Assembly: GCA_045605805.1 (NCBI GenBank)
Contig: JAZUQR010000008.1
Location: forward strand, 32,001-96,000
Reading direction: 5' to 3'
Length of the DNA: 64,000 nt
From: Alphaproteobacteria bacterium
GTDB taxonomy: Bacteria; Pseudomonadota; Alphaproteobacteria; CAAHEQ01; UBA3637
The translations under genes were made by a program, and so were the position numbers. Positions 37,282-47,631 of this stretch are shown here, in pieces (position 1 is the first letter of the stretch; every line of letters starts with the position of its first letter). The notes under the pieces are model-generated. The model saw only the letters and a program-made list of their open reading frames with translations, made no database searches and had not been told where the DNA came from.

Positions 37282-39119
37282 GCGTTTGGAAATATGAAAA
37301 ATCACATGTTATTTTCCTGCGGTCCATATCTTTGGTGGGCTTTTTTGTACTTGTTAGTTTTGTTTTAATTGGCCGATTGTTCTATTTGCAGATTTTACAA
37401 GGCGATCGTTTTTTGGTGTTAGCAGAAAAAAACAGAACCGCCCTTCATTTAACAATGCCGGATCGGGGAAAAATATATGACCGAAACGGGGTGATATTGG
37501 CCCAAAATAAACGTGTGTTTCAGGCTGTTTTGATTAAAGAACAGACGGATGATTATAAACGCACTTTATCCAATTTCAAAAAATTGATTCCCATGACTGA
37601 TGAGGAAGAAGAGGAGGTTTTGAAAAAAATACGCTTTAAGCGGCCGTTTATGCCGGTTCAGGTGAAAGATAATTTATCACAAGAGCAGGTGATTTTGCTT
37701 CATTTGAATGCCCCCCTTTTGGAGGGGATTCAAATTGAAGAAACCATGATTCGTACTTATCCTTTTAAGGATTTAACTTCACATTTTTTGGGTTATGTTT
37801 CTTTATTGAATGACCGAGATAAGGATGTGGAAGATAAATGGTTTGATTTGGCTGGTTATCGGATTGGGCGCACTGGGTTGGAAAACTCTATGGAATCTGT
37901 TTTAAGGGGGGAACCCGGCTTCAAAAAAACAGAAATCAATGCGATGGGCCGAACGGTCAGCCTTATGGAAGAAGGGGAGTCTGTTGCGGGACAGGATTTG
38001 CATTTAACCATTGATATTGGTTTACAAAAGGTGGCTTATGACGCTTTGGGCAAAGAGGCGGGAACAGCCATTTTGATTGATATTCATTCGGGTGATATTT
38101 TGGCTTTTGTGTCCACACCGTCCTTTGATCCAAATTTGTTTTTGGCTCCTATTTCCCAAAAGGAGTGGAATAAATTGATGAATAATCAAAAAAAACCATT
38201 ACAAAATAAGGCACTTACGGGGACATATTCCCCAGGTTCCGTGTTTAAGTTGGTGGTGGCTTTGGCTGGTTTGGAAAGCGGGGATATCTCTGCCCATAAA
38301 AAAGTGACCTGTGATGGGGCAACACAATTAGGCAATCAAAAGTTTCACTGTTGGAAAAAGGATGGTCATGGTGCTTTAACTCTGCAAGAGGCTTTGCAAC
38401 ATTCTTGTGATGTGTATTTTTATGAAACTGCCCAAAAAATTGGGGTGGAAAAAATTGTGGCAACGGCCAAAAAATTGGGTTTTGGCGAGGCTGTTCAAAC
38501 AGAGTTGAATATAGACAAAACAGGCCTTTTACCCAATGCAGAATGGAAGGAAAAAAACAAAAATGATGCTTGGCGTATGGGGGATACTTTGAATTTAAGT
38601 ATCGGGCAGGGCTTTTTGCTTGCAACGCCCTTGCAATTAGTGCGTATGGTGGCAGCGATTGCCGGTGATGGTACTTTATCGGATTTGCATTTTATTCAAA
38701 ATAATGTTGAACAAAAACACAAATCTTCTTTATTCAAAAGTTCTCATTTGCGCTTGATTCGGGCTGGTATGTATGATGTGGTGAATAAGGAAAAAGGCAC
38801 TGCTTATGCTTCTCGTTTTACGCAAGGCGGCAAAAAAATGGCGGGCAAAACGGCCACAACGCAGGTGAGGCGCATTTCGTTGAAAGAACGGGAAGAAGGC
38901 TTAAAACAGCAAAAGGATATGCAATGGGAAAGTCGGGATCATGCTTTGTTTGCGGCTTATGCTCCAACAGATAAGCCTCGCTATGCTGTGATTGTTGTTG
39001 TGGAGCATGGTGGTAGCGGTTCGGCCGCAGCAGCTCCGGTGGGCGCAAAAATCTTAAAAGAGGCCTTGAACTTACAAGATAAGCCTGTTAAAATGAAAAC
39101 AGGAGGCACTAAACCATGA
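37278..39119 (+). CDS. mrdA: Penicillin-binding protein 2
   Basis: RGKIYDRNG, PGSVFK (SxxK), SCD and KT(A)T motifs; start placed at ATG 37278 overlapping the mreD stop. Confidence 0.93.
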   Translation: MSVWKYEKSHVIFLRSISLVGFFVLVSFVLIGRLFYLQILQGDRFLVLAEKNRTALHLTMPDRGKIYDRNGVILAQNKRVFQAVLIKEQTDDYKRTLSNFKKLIPMTDEEEEEVLKKIRFKRPFMPVQVKDNLSQEQVILLHLNAPLLEGIQIEETMIRTYPFKDLTSHFLGYVSLLNDRDKDVEDKWFDLAGYRIGRTGLENSMESVLRGEPGFKKTEINAMGRTVSLMEEGESVAGQDLHLTIDIGLQKVAYDALGKEAGTAILIDIHSGDILAFVSTPSFDPNLFLAPISQKEWNKLMNNQKKPLQNKALTGTYSPGSVFKLVVALAGLESGDISAHKKVTCDGATQLGNQKFHCWKKDGHGALTLQEALQHSCDVYFYETAQKIGVEKIVATAKKLGFGEAVQTELNIDKTGLLPNAEWKEKNKNDAWRMGDTLNLSIGQGFLLATPLQLVRMVAAIAGDGTLSDLHFIQNNVEQKHKSSLFKSSHLRLIRAGMYDVVNKEKGTAYASRFTQGGKKMAGKTATTQVRRISLKEREEGLKQQKDMQWESRDHALFAAYAPTDKPRYAVIVVVEHGGSGSAAAAPVGAKILKEALNLQDKPVKMKTGGTKP

Positions 39120-40279
39120 GCTTTTTTAAGGACAGAAACTGTTATATGAAAAACTATAACCTTTCTTTTGCGGAAAAATTGAAAGGGTTTGATTGGTGGC
39201 TTTTGCTTTTGGTTTGTTCGGTTGTTTTTATTGGTATTGGGATGCTGTATTCTGTTGGCGGGGGAAATTGGTCGCCTTGGGCCAGCAGACAGGCAATGCG
39301 TTTTTGTATGAGTTTGTGCTGTTTGATTGTGGTTGCTTTTTTTAATTTGCGTTTTTTTATGAAATATGCTTATTGGATTTATGGGGCAACTTTTTTGATG
39401 CTGATTGCGGTTGAATTGTTTGGTCATGTTGGCATGGGAGCGCAACGCTGGTTGAACTTAGGTGTGATTCATTTACAACCCTCTGAATGTATGAAAATTG
39501 CGTTGGTGTTAGCTTTGGCTCGTTATTTTCATGGGGCCAGTTTAGAGGATGTGCGCAAAATGAAGTTTATTTTCCCCCCCTTGTTGATGATGTTGGCTCC
39601 TGTGGCATTGATTTTGAAACAGCCTGATTTAGGAACGGCAATGATGTTGGTTTTTGTGACGGCTGCTATTTTCTTTTTGGTTGGTGTGCAAGTTTGGAAG
39701 TTCCTTGTGGTTGGTCTTGCTGGGTTATGTTCGTTGCCGATTATATGGAGCTTTTTGCATGATTATCAAAAAAAGCGTGTTTTGACTTTTTTGAATCCCG
39801 AAAATGATCCGATGGGGGCTGGTTATCATATTACTCAATCTAAAATCACTTTGGGTTCGGGTGGTTTTTGGGGCAAAGGTTTTATGCAAGGGACACAAAG
39901 TCGTTTAAGTTTTATTCCGGAAAAACAGACCGATTTTATTTTTACCGTTTTGGCCGAGGAGTTTGGTTTATTCGGTTCGTTGATTTTATATGGTTTATAT
40001 ATGGCTATTTTATGTTATGGTGTTTATATTGCGTTGAAATGCACCAATTTTTTTGGTAAGATTTTGGCTTTGGGTTTAACGGTGAACTTTTCGCTGTATG
40101 TGTTTATCAATATGGGCATGGTCATGGGCATAATGCCTGTGGTGGGTATTCCTTTGCCCTTGGTAAGCTATGGCGGAACGGCAATGATGACCTTATTTAT
40201 TGGTTTTGGGTTGATGGAGTGTGTGGCCATCAATAAAGAAATGGTGATTGGGCGTTTGGGGTCAATAGATGATGAATAA
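39116..40279 (+). CDS. rodA: Rod shape-determining protein RodA
   Basis: GAQRW, QPSE, QPDLGT, PEKQTDFIF and PLVSYGG motifs. Confidence 0.95.
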   Translation: MSFFKDRNCYMKNYNLSFAEKLKGFDWWLLLLVCSVVFIGIGMLYSVGGGNWSPWASRQAMRFCMSLCCLIVVAFFNLRFFMKYAYWIYGATFLMLIAVELFGHVGMGAQRWLNLGVIHLQPSECMKIALVLALARYFHGASLEDVRKMKFIFPPLLMMLAPVALILKQPDLGTAMMLVFVTAAIFFLVGVQVWKFLVVGLAGLCSLPIIWSFLHDYQKKRVLTFLNPENDPMGAGYHITQSKITLGSGGFWGKGFMQGTQSRLSFIPEKQTDFIFTVLAEEFGLFGSLILYGLYMAILCYGVYIALKCTNFFGKILALGLTVNFSLYVFINMGMVMGIMPVVGIPLPLVSYGGTAMMTLFIGFGLMECVAINKEMVIGRLGSIDDE

Positions 40280-41888
40280 TGTTGATTTGATGTTGGATAA
40301 GGCTTTTCAGGCTTTTAATACCAATGATTTAAGGTTGGCAGAAACTTTGTGCCGTGAGGCAATGCGTATTTTGCCAACACATGGGGATGCTCTTTATTTA
40401 TTGGGGCTTATTGCCTATCGTGAGAAATCGTTGAATGTGGCATTGGATTTATTGCATGAGGCGGTGACTTTGTATCCGGCGGTTGTCAATTATGAGCTGG
40501 CTTATGCCGAAGTTTTGCGGGCAAAGGGGTTGTTGGATGAGGCATTGGACATTTATTTAAGACAAATGAATCATCCAAAAGTACGCACAGAAGCAGGTTT
40601 TATTTATTTATCACAAGGGAAGATGGCTTTGGCTAAACAATGTTTCCATACCGCTTTGAAAGATGATGAAAAAATTGCTTCGGCTTATTTGGGTTTGGCG
40701 ATGTTTGCTAAAAATAAAAAGGAGAGAGAAAACTTTTTACTAAAAGCCTTTTCTTGTGAAGCGAATGAGAATACAGCCTATCAATTGGCATTGTTTTATG
40801 TGCGAGCAAAAGATTTTGCAAAGGCCGAAACTATTTTGAAAGAGTATTTAATTTTCAGCCGTGATTGGACATTGTTTGCGGCTGTATTGGAAGGCTTAAA
40901 GCGTCCGGATGAGGCCATGGTTGCTTTGCAAAAGGCCATTGACTTGGATGCTTATAATACAGGGGCTTTTGTGCAACAAGGGCTTTTATTGGAACATTCC
41001 AAGGATTTAGATGGAGCTGCCTGTTCTTATCGCAAGGCTTTGGCGTTGGATGATAGTTTAATTGAGGCACATGACGGTTTAAGCAATGTTTTGATGGCCA
41101 AAGGAGATTTTGCCTTGGCATTAGAGCATACCAGACGGGTTATTTTACATGATCCTAATCATTCAGGCAGTTTGTATAAATTAGGGATTTTATTGGAGCA
41201 GACTGAGGACTTTGAAGAGGCTTTGGGGATTTATTTCAAACTTTTAATTTCAAAACCCAACAAAAAACATTTGGAAAAAAGGATTCATAAAACGATTTTA
41301 GCTTTGGCTCAAACCAAAAAGCGTTTGGCCAAAAAATTTGCCAAAGGATGGCTTAAAAACTTCCCTTGCTCTCGGTTTGCCCAACAAACTTGGAATATGT
41401 TGAAAGTGTTGCTTGTGGCTTTGTTGTTGGGATGTGCTTTGCCTTCGTTTGCTTTTGATGATGAGCAAAATCTGCTTGCATGGGATATGAAATATGCTGC
41501 GCAAGGGGATGCCGAAAGTCAATATAATATGGCTCAATTATGGGAAGAGGGTAAAAAAGTTCCAAAGGATTTGGATCGGGCTTCCTTTTATTACAAACAG
41601 GCGGCCAATCAAAATTATGTGCCAGCCGTGATGGCATTGGCTCGTTTGTATGGGACAAAAAATAATACTTCGCAGGCTATTCTCTATTATGAACAGGCAG
41701 CTGCGTTAGGGGCTGTGCCGGCTCAATTATATCTTGCTTCTTATTATGAAGAAAAAGCGGATTATGCTTTGGCTTATTCTTGGTTGGAGAAAGCTATGCG
41801 AAACATGTTTCCTGCACATGCCGATTTACACCAAGTTTCGCCTAAATTGGCTGAATTACACATTAAACTGCAAGCAAAGGTTGACTGA
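40269..41888 (+). CDS. TPR-repeat plus Sel1-repeat protein
   Basis: TPR-like helices, then an internal signal-peptide-like segment and Sel1 motifs (AAQGDAESQYNMA). Confidence 0.75.
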   Translation: MMNNVDLMLDKAFQAFNTNDLRLAETLCREAMRILPTHGDALYLLGLIAYREKSLNVALDLLHEAVTLYPAVVNYELAYAEVLRAKGLLDEALDIYLRQMNHPKVRTEAGFIYLSQGKMALAKQCFHTALKDDEKIASAYLGLAMFAKNKKERENFLLKAFSCEANENTAYQLALFYVRAKDFAKAETILKEYLIFSRDWTLFAAVLEGLKRPDEAMVALQKAIDLDAYNTGAFVQQGLLLEHSKDLDGAACSYRKALALDDSLIEAHDGLSNVLMAKGDFALALEHTRRVILHDPNHSGSLYKLGILLEQTEDFEEALGIYFKLLISKPNKKHLEKRIHKTILALAQTKKRLAKKFAKGWLKNFPCSRFAQQTWNMLKVLLVALLLGCALPSFAFDDEQNLLAWDMKYAAQGDAESQYNMAQLWEEGKKVPKDLDRASFYYKQAANQNYVPAVMALARLYGTKNNTSQAILYYEQAAALGAVPAQLYLASYYEEKADYALAYSWLEKAMRNMFPAHADLHQVSPKLAELHIKLQAKVD

Positions 41889-42784
41889 TGAAGCACATTC
41901 GGGTTTATTCGGCACCTATGGCGGGGATTTCGGATTATCCTTTTCGGCAAATGCTGCGTCAGTTTGGCAATCAGACTTTGTTTTCTGAAATGATTGGGGT
42001 GGAAACCTTGATTCATGGGCATCCGAAGACATTAAAGATGCTTACTTTTGATAAAGAAAAGGATGTGGTTGTACAATTGGTGGGGGCAAAGCCAGCGTCT
42101 ATGGCAAAGGCTGCAGCGATTGTCGCAGATGCGGGTGCTTGCGGCATTGATATCAATATGGGGTGTCCGGTTAGAAAGTTGATTCAGAATCACTCGGGTG
42201 CTATGTTGATGAAAGAGGTGGATTTGGCGTGCCGCTTGGTGGCGGCTGTGAAATCTTGTGTGGACTTGCCTGTTTCGGTTAAAACCCGTTTGGGATGGGA
42301 TAAAGTGCAGGATTTTGTGGATTTTGTGCCTGCGCTTGTTTCGGCAGGGGCAGAACGCATTGAGATTCATGCCCGCACAAAGGAAATGGGTTATCAAGGC
42401 AAGGCTGATTGGGGCCTTTTGAAGGCTTTGAATGTGGATGTTCCTGTGGTTGTAAATGGTGATATTAAAGATTTTTCTTCAGCCGTTGATGCTCTGGATT
42501 TAAGTGGTGCAGAGGCTGTGATGGTGGGGCGGGCGTTGTTGGGCCGACCTTGGCGTTTGGCAGAAATTGAACAAAATTGCAAGTTAAAGGTGTGTTTGTC
42601 TGATGTCGTTTTAAGACACTTGGATTTGTTGCTGTCACACTATGGAAAAGCTGGTTTATATGTGGCTCGTAAGCATTTGGCATGGTACGCCACCCATAAA
42701 AAAGGTGTTGCAAAGTGGCGTGAAAAAATGTATTCTTTAGAAGATGAACACGCAGTTATCAAGATGATTCAAGATTTTTTTTAA
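41888..42784 (+). CDS. dusB: tRNA-dihydrouridine synthase
   Basis: APMAGISD, DINMGCP, HART and NGDI motifs. Confidence 0.9.
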   Translation: MKHIRVYSAPMAGISDYPFRQMLRQFGNQTLFSEMIGVETLIHGHPKTLKMLTFDKEKDVVVQLVGAKPASMAKAAAIVADAGACGIDINMGCPVRKLIQNHSGAMLMKEVDLACRLVAAVKSCVDLPVSVKTRLGWDKVQDFVDFVPALVSAGAERIEIHARTKEMGYQGKADWGLLKALNVDVPVVVNGDIKDFSSAVDALDLSGAEAVMVGRALLGRPWRLAEIEQNCKLKVCLSDVVLRHLDLLLSHYGKAGLYVARKHLAWYATHKKGVAKWREKMYSLEDEHAVIKMIQDFF

Positions 42785-42796
42785 GGGGAGGGTTGA

Positions 42797-44164
42797 ATGA
42801 AAGTTGTTATTGTGGGTGCTGGTCAAGTTGGTGTTGCGTTGGCAAAGTATTTGCGCATGGAGGACCATTCAGTTGTTTTGGTGGATGATAAAAAAGAAAA
42901 TCTTTTATATCTTTCAGAACAGTTGGATATTCAGACTGTGTTTGGTTCTGGTACTTCTGTTTCTGTTTTAACCCGAGCCGGTACAAAAGATGCGGATATT
43001 TTCTTATCTGTGACGGGAAATGATGAGGTCAATTTAATTTCTTGTATGTTGGCAAAGACTTTGTTCCATGTGAATAAGCGGATTGCACGGTTGACTTCTT
43101 CGGAATATCTTGATAAAAAAAATGCGGCTTTTTTGGAAAGTTTATCTTTGGATGTGGTTGTTTCGCCGGAAGAGGAAACGGCTAAACGCATTTTGGCCGA
43201 TTTAAGTATTCATGGGGCAGTTGATGTCACTTCTTTTGCTGATTCAAAAGTGGAGTTTATTGGTTTGAAATGTCGCAAAAACTGTGCTTTGGTTGGGCAA
43301 ACTGTGCGTCAGGTGCGTGATTTATTGGGTAATGTCAATTTTACCATTGTTTCAGTGCATCGCAAAAATCAGTTGGTTGATTTGGAAGAAACGCCCATCA
43401 AGGCAGGGGATGATATCTATTTCTTCGTGGCCTCTGGTCATTTGGAAAGGGTATTGGATATTTTTGGTTATACTGTTCAATCGCCAGATAATGTGGTGAT
43501 TTTTGGCGGCGGACATATTGGTTATCGTTTGGGTAAGTTATTGGAAGCCCCACTGTATAAGCAAAATTTGACTATTATTGAAAAGTCTGATGAGAGGGCA
43601 AACTTTTTGGCCTCTCATTTAGATGAAGCGATTATTTTGAAAAGTGATGGTTTTGATGATAAATTGTTGGAAGAAATTGATTTCAAACACTTTGATATGG
43701 CGGTGGCAACAACCCATAATGATGAGAACAATGTTTTGCTGTCATTGTTGGCCAAACGCAATGGCATTATGAGGTCTTGTGCTTTGATTCGTAATAATTT
43801 ATACATGAATTATTTGAATGGTTTGGGTATTGATTGTTTTATCAATCCCAATGCTGTGATGGTGTCGGCTATTTTACAGCATTTGCGCAAAGGTCGTGTG
43901 CAAGATGGCTATTTCTTGCAATCCGGTTTGGGTGAGGTGTTGCAGATTGAAGTTTTACCTACGGCTCGGATTACAAAATCGCCTTTGGGACGTATTAAAA
44001 TCCCAAAAGGAATTATCTTAGGGGGTATTTTGCGTGAGGATGTGTTTATGTGTCCGGATGACGATTTGATGATTCAAGCCGGTGATATTGCTTTTGTTTT
44101 TGCTGAAAAAGGATATGTGCGTGATGCCGAAAAATTGTTTATGGTGGATTTGACATTTTTTTAA
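42797..44164 (+). CDS. trkA: Trk system potassium uptake protein TrkA
   Basis: Two RCK domains (GAGQVG, GGGHIG); 455 aa. Confidence 0.92.
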   Translation: MKVVIVGAGQVGVALAKYLRMEDHSVVLVDDKKENLLYLSEQLDIQTVFGSGTSVSVLTRAGTKDADIFLSVTGNDEVNLISCMLAKTLFHVNKRIARLTSSEYLDKKNAAFLESLSLDVVVSPEEETAKRILADLSIHGAVDVTSFADSKVEFIGLKCRKNCALVGQTVRQVRDLLGNVNFTIVSVHRKNQLVDLEETPIKAGDDIYFFVASGHLERVLDIFGYTVQSPDNVVIFGGGHIGYRLGKLLEAPLYKQNLTIIEKSDERANFLASHLDEAIILKSDGFDDKLLEEIDFKHFDMAVATTHNDENNVLLSLLAKRNGIMRSCALIRNNLYMNYLNGLGIDCFINPNAVMVSAILQHLRKGRVQDGYFLQSGLGEVLQIEVLPTARITKSPLGRIKIPKGIILGGILREDVFMCPDDDLMIQAGDIAFVFAEKGYVRDAEKLFMVDLTFF

Positions 44165-44167
44165 GGA

Positions 44168-47100
44168 ATGAATATGAATAAATTATCGGGTATTCCATCT
44201 GGGTTTGAACCGTTTGTTTTGAAAAAACTTGTAAAGAAACACAATGTTGTGGTTCATGTGGCTCAAAATGAAAACAGATTGCGTTTTTTGGCGGATTTGT
44301 TGAAGGTGATTTACCCAAAACAAAAAGTGTTGGTTTTGCCCCCATGGGATACTGTGCCCTATGACAGAACGGCACCGGCTGCGGAGGTGATTGGAAATCA
44401 GGTGGATGTTTTGATGGCGGCTGTTCAAGGTGTTCAAGAGACAATTGTTTTAACTTCGGTGTCGGTTTGGTCACAATTGTTGCCTCCAAAAGATTTTTTT
44501 CAAAACAGAATGTTAAAAATCAAACAGGGCGAGATGTGTTCCTTTGATACGGTGCTTTCTTTTTTGAATGAGAACGGTTATCAACGCACTGATGTGGTGA
44601 TGGAATCGGGTGAATACGCTGTGCGGGGTGGTATTTTAGATGTTTTTGCGGCCGGCATGGGCGAACCTGTGCGGTTGGATTTTTTTGGTGATGAAGTTGA
44701 TTCTATTCGCACTTTTGATGCGGTGACACAACGGACTTTGGCCAAAATTGATGCCTTTTGTATCAAACCAAACCGTTTGTTTTTCTTGGACGAAAAAACA
44801 CAGCAAAGGTTTAGAAGCCGTTATCGGGATTTATTTGGTGAGGTAAGAGATGATGCCATTTATCAAGCGGTTTCCGAAGGACGCTATGTTCAAGGAATGG
44901 AACATTATTTACCATTGTTTTATGAAAAAATGGTGCATTTAACGGATTATTTTTCGCAGGCTGTTTTTACTTTTGATGCCCAATTTTATCAATCTTTTTC
45001 GGCTCGGGAAGCGCAAATAGAAGATTATTATCAGGCAAGATTACAAGCGATGCATGATAGAAATATGGCCCAAACAGCTTATTATCCTATTCCAAAAGAA
45101 TTATTTTTTATTGATAAAAATCAAAGTGATAATTTAATTTCTTCATTTAATTCTTTAATCTTTACGCCTTTCCAAGATGTGGGGGCAAAAGATCAAGGCG
45201 CCCGCATGGGGCGAGATTTTGTTGATGTGCGGGTGAAAAATGATCGGGATATTTTTGAAGCGGTGGCAGACTTTATTCGCACTTCGGATAAAAAAGTGAT
45301 TGTGACGGCTTGTACAGGTGGGTCAGGGCAACGGATTTTAGCTCAATTAAAAGAAAAGAATCTTTTTCTTTTTGAGGCTGATAGTTGGGAAAGTGCTAAC
45401 ACGCACGCTCCCAGTTTGTTTATTTGCCCCTTTACAAGTGGCTTCCAGACAAATGATTTTATTGTGATTACAGAAACGGATATGTTTGGCGAGAGGATTC
45501 AACGGACTGTTCGGAAAAAGCGAGCGGAAAACTTTATTCAAGATATTTCAGCTTTATCTGTGGGTGATTTGGTTGTGCATACTGTGCATGGTATTGGGCA
45601 ATTTGCAGGGCTTGTGCCGTTGCAATTAAATGGAGCCGCCCATGATTGTTTGTGCATTTTATATGCGGACAATGACAAACTTTTTGTGCCGGTTGAAAAT
45701 GCGGATGTATTGTCCCGATATGGTTCGGGCGAAGTGGCGTTGGATCGGATGGGGTCTCACAGTTTTGAAAACAAGAAGGAACGGGTAAAAAAAGATTTAT
45801 TTGCTATGGCGGACAAATTGTTGGATATTGCTTCTCAACGCCTGTTGAATAAAACAGATCGTATTTTGGCCCCCCATGGTTTATATCAAGAGTTTTGCGC
45901 CCGTTTTCCTTATGCCGAAACAGAAGATCAATTGCGCACTATTCAAGAAATTGAAACAGATTTGGCCAAAGGGACTCCTATGGATCGTTTGGTGTGTGGA
46001 GATGTGGGGTTTGGCAAAACAGAAGTGGCTATGCGGGCGGCCTTTTTGGCTGTTTTAAGTGGCAAACAAGTTGTGATTGTGGCTCCAACTACTTTGTTGG
46101 CCAGACAGCATGCTCAAAACTTTGTGGACAGATTCAAGGGCTTCCCTGTGCGGATTGACAGTCTTTCCCGCTTGGTGAGTGCGACACGCAGCAAACAAAT
46201 CAAAAAAGAGTTAGAGCAAGGGACTTTGGACATTGTTGTGGGGACTCATGCGGTTTTAAGCAAAAATATCAAGTTTAAGAATCTGGGTCTTGTGATTGTG
46301 GATGAGGAACAACATTTTGGTGTGGCTCATAAAGAACGCTTGAAAGAGCTTAAAACAGGGGTGCATGTGTTGACCTTAACAGCGACCCCAATTCCAAGAA
46401 CCTTACAATTATCTTTGTCGGGTGTGCGTGAATTATCTGTGATTGCCACACCGCCTGTGGATCGGTTGGCGGTTAAAACATATGTGATGCCCTTTGATGC
46501 GGTTGTGATTAAAGAGGCTATTTTACGAGAACATTTTCGGGGCGGGCAGAGCTTTTTTGTTGTGCCTCGTATTTCTGATATGGCAGAGGTGGCCGATGTT
46601 TTGAAGGCAATTTTGCCAGATATTCGGGTGGTTCAAGCACACGGACAAATGGCCGCTACTCAATTGGAAAAAATTATGACAGATTTTTCCGAAAAGAAGT
46701 TTGATGTTCTTTTGGCAACCAGTATCATTGAGTCCGGCTTGGATATTTCGTCTGTGAATACAATGATTGTTTATCGGGCGGATATGTTTGGTTTGGCGGC
46801 TTTATATCAATTGCGTGGTCGTGTTGGCAGGGGCAAGATTAAAGCCTATGCTTATTTAACAACACCAGAAAACAAAACTTTATCCGAAATGGCACGCAAA
46901 CGATTGGAAGTGATTGGCCGATTAGATAGTTTGGGGGCAGGCTTTGCTTTGGCCAGTCATGATTTGGATATTCGGGGGGCTGGCAACCTGTTAGGAGATG
47001 ATCAATCGGGACATATTCGTGAAATCGGTGTGGCTCTTTATCAAAAAATGTTGGCTGAGACAGTGGCCTCTTTACGGGCAGAAAAGTTTGGTGAAAAAGA

Positions 47101-47569
47101 AGATGTGGTGCAAGATTTTTCGCCACAGATTTCTGTGGGCTTGCCTGTTTTGATTCCGGATACTTATGTGGCCGATTTGGATGTGCGTATGGATTTATAT
47201 CACAGAATGAGTGAACTTTCTTCCCTTGATGAGATAGAGTCTATGCGGGCAGAGTTGATTGACCGTTTTGGACAATATCCAACAGAAACGGAAAATCTGT
47301 TTTTAACTTTGGAGCTTAAAGTGTTGGCTAAACAGGCCCATATTGAACGTTTGGATGCGGGTGATAAAGGGGCAACGGTGACTTTCTTTAACAATACTTT
47401 TCCTAATCCTGCTGGTATGATTCAATATATTCAAAGCCAATTGGGCACTATGAAATTGCGGCCGGATCAAAAATTGATTGTGATGCGCCCTTGGACAAAA
47501 GTTGAAAGTCGCTTGAAAGGGGTGCGGGATATGATTCAAAAGTTTGCGGAATTGGCAAAAAAGAATTGA
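44168..47569 (+). CDS. mfd: Transcription-repair coupling factor
   Basis: GDVGFGKT, DEEQHFG, TATPIPRT and QLRGRVGR motifs; TRCF C-terminus. Confidence 0.97.
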   Translation: MNMNKLSGIPSGFEPFVLKKLVKKHNVVVHVAQNENRLRFLADLLKVIYPKQKVLVLPPWDTVPYDRTAPAAEVIGNQVDVLMAAVQGVQETIVLTSVSVWSQLLPPKDFFQNRMLKIKQGEMCSFDTVLSFLNENGYQRTDVVMESGEYAVRGGILDVFAAGMGEPVRLDFFGDEVDSIRTFDAVTQRTLAKIDAFCIKPNRLFFLDEKTQQRFRSRYRDLFGEVRDDAIYQAVSEGRYVQGMEHYLPLFYEKMVHLTDYFSQAVFTFDAQFYQSFSAREAQIEDYYQARLQAMHDRNMAQTAYYPIPKELFFIDKNQSDNLISSFNSLIFTPFQDVGAKDQGARMGRDFVDVRVKNDRDIFEAVADFIRTSDKKVIVTACTGGSGQRILAQLKEKNLFLFEADSWESANTHAPSLFICPFTSGFQTNDFIVITETDMFGERIQRTVRKKRAENFIQDISALSVGDLVVHTVHGIGQFAGLVPLQLNGAAHDCLCILYADNDKLFVPVENADVLSRYGSGEVALDRMGSHSFENKKERVKKDLFAMADKLLDIASQRLLNKTDRILAPHGLYQEFCARFPYAETEDQLRTIQEIETDLAKGTPMDRLVCGDVGFGKTEVAMRAAFLAVLSGKQVVIVAPTTLLARQHAQNFVDRFKGFPVRIDSLSRLVSATRSKQIKKELEQGTLDIVVGTHAVLSKNIKFKNLGLVIVDEEQHFGVAHKERLKELKTGVHVLTLTATPIPRTLQLSLSGVRELSVIATPPVDRLAVKTYVMPFDAVVIKEAILREHFRGGQSFFVVPRISDMAEVADVLKAILPDIRVVQAHGQMAATQLEKIMTDFSEKKFDVLLATSIIESGLDISSVNTMIVYRADMFGLAALYQLRGRVGRGKIKAYAYLTTPENKTLSEMARKRLEVIGRLDSLGAGFALASHDLDIRGAGNLLGDDQSGHIREIGVALYQKMLAETVASLRAEKFGEKEDVVQDFSPQISVGLPVLIPDTYVADLDVRMDLYHRMSELSSLDEIESMRAELIDRFGQYPTETENLFLTLELKVLAKQAHIERLDAGDKGATVTFFNNTFPNPAGMIQYIQSQLGTMKLRPDQKLIVMRPWTKVESRLKGVRDMIQKFAELAKKN

Positions 47570-47631
47570 TTTTTTGCGAATAAACGGATATAATATACCC
47601 ATTCAAACGCAATCAACGGAAAGGATCACCC

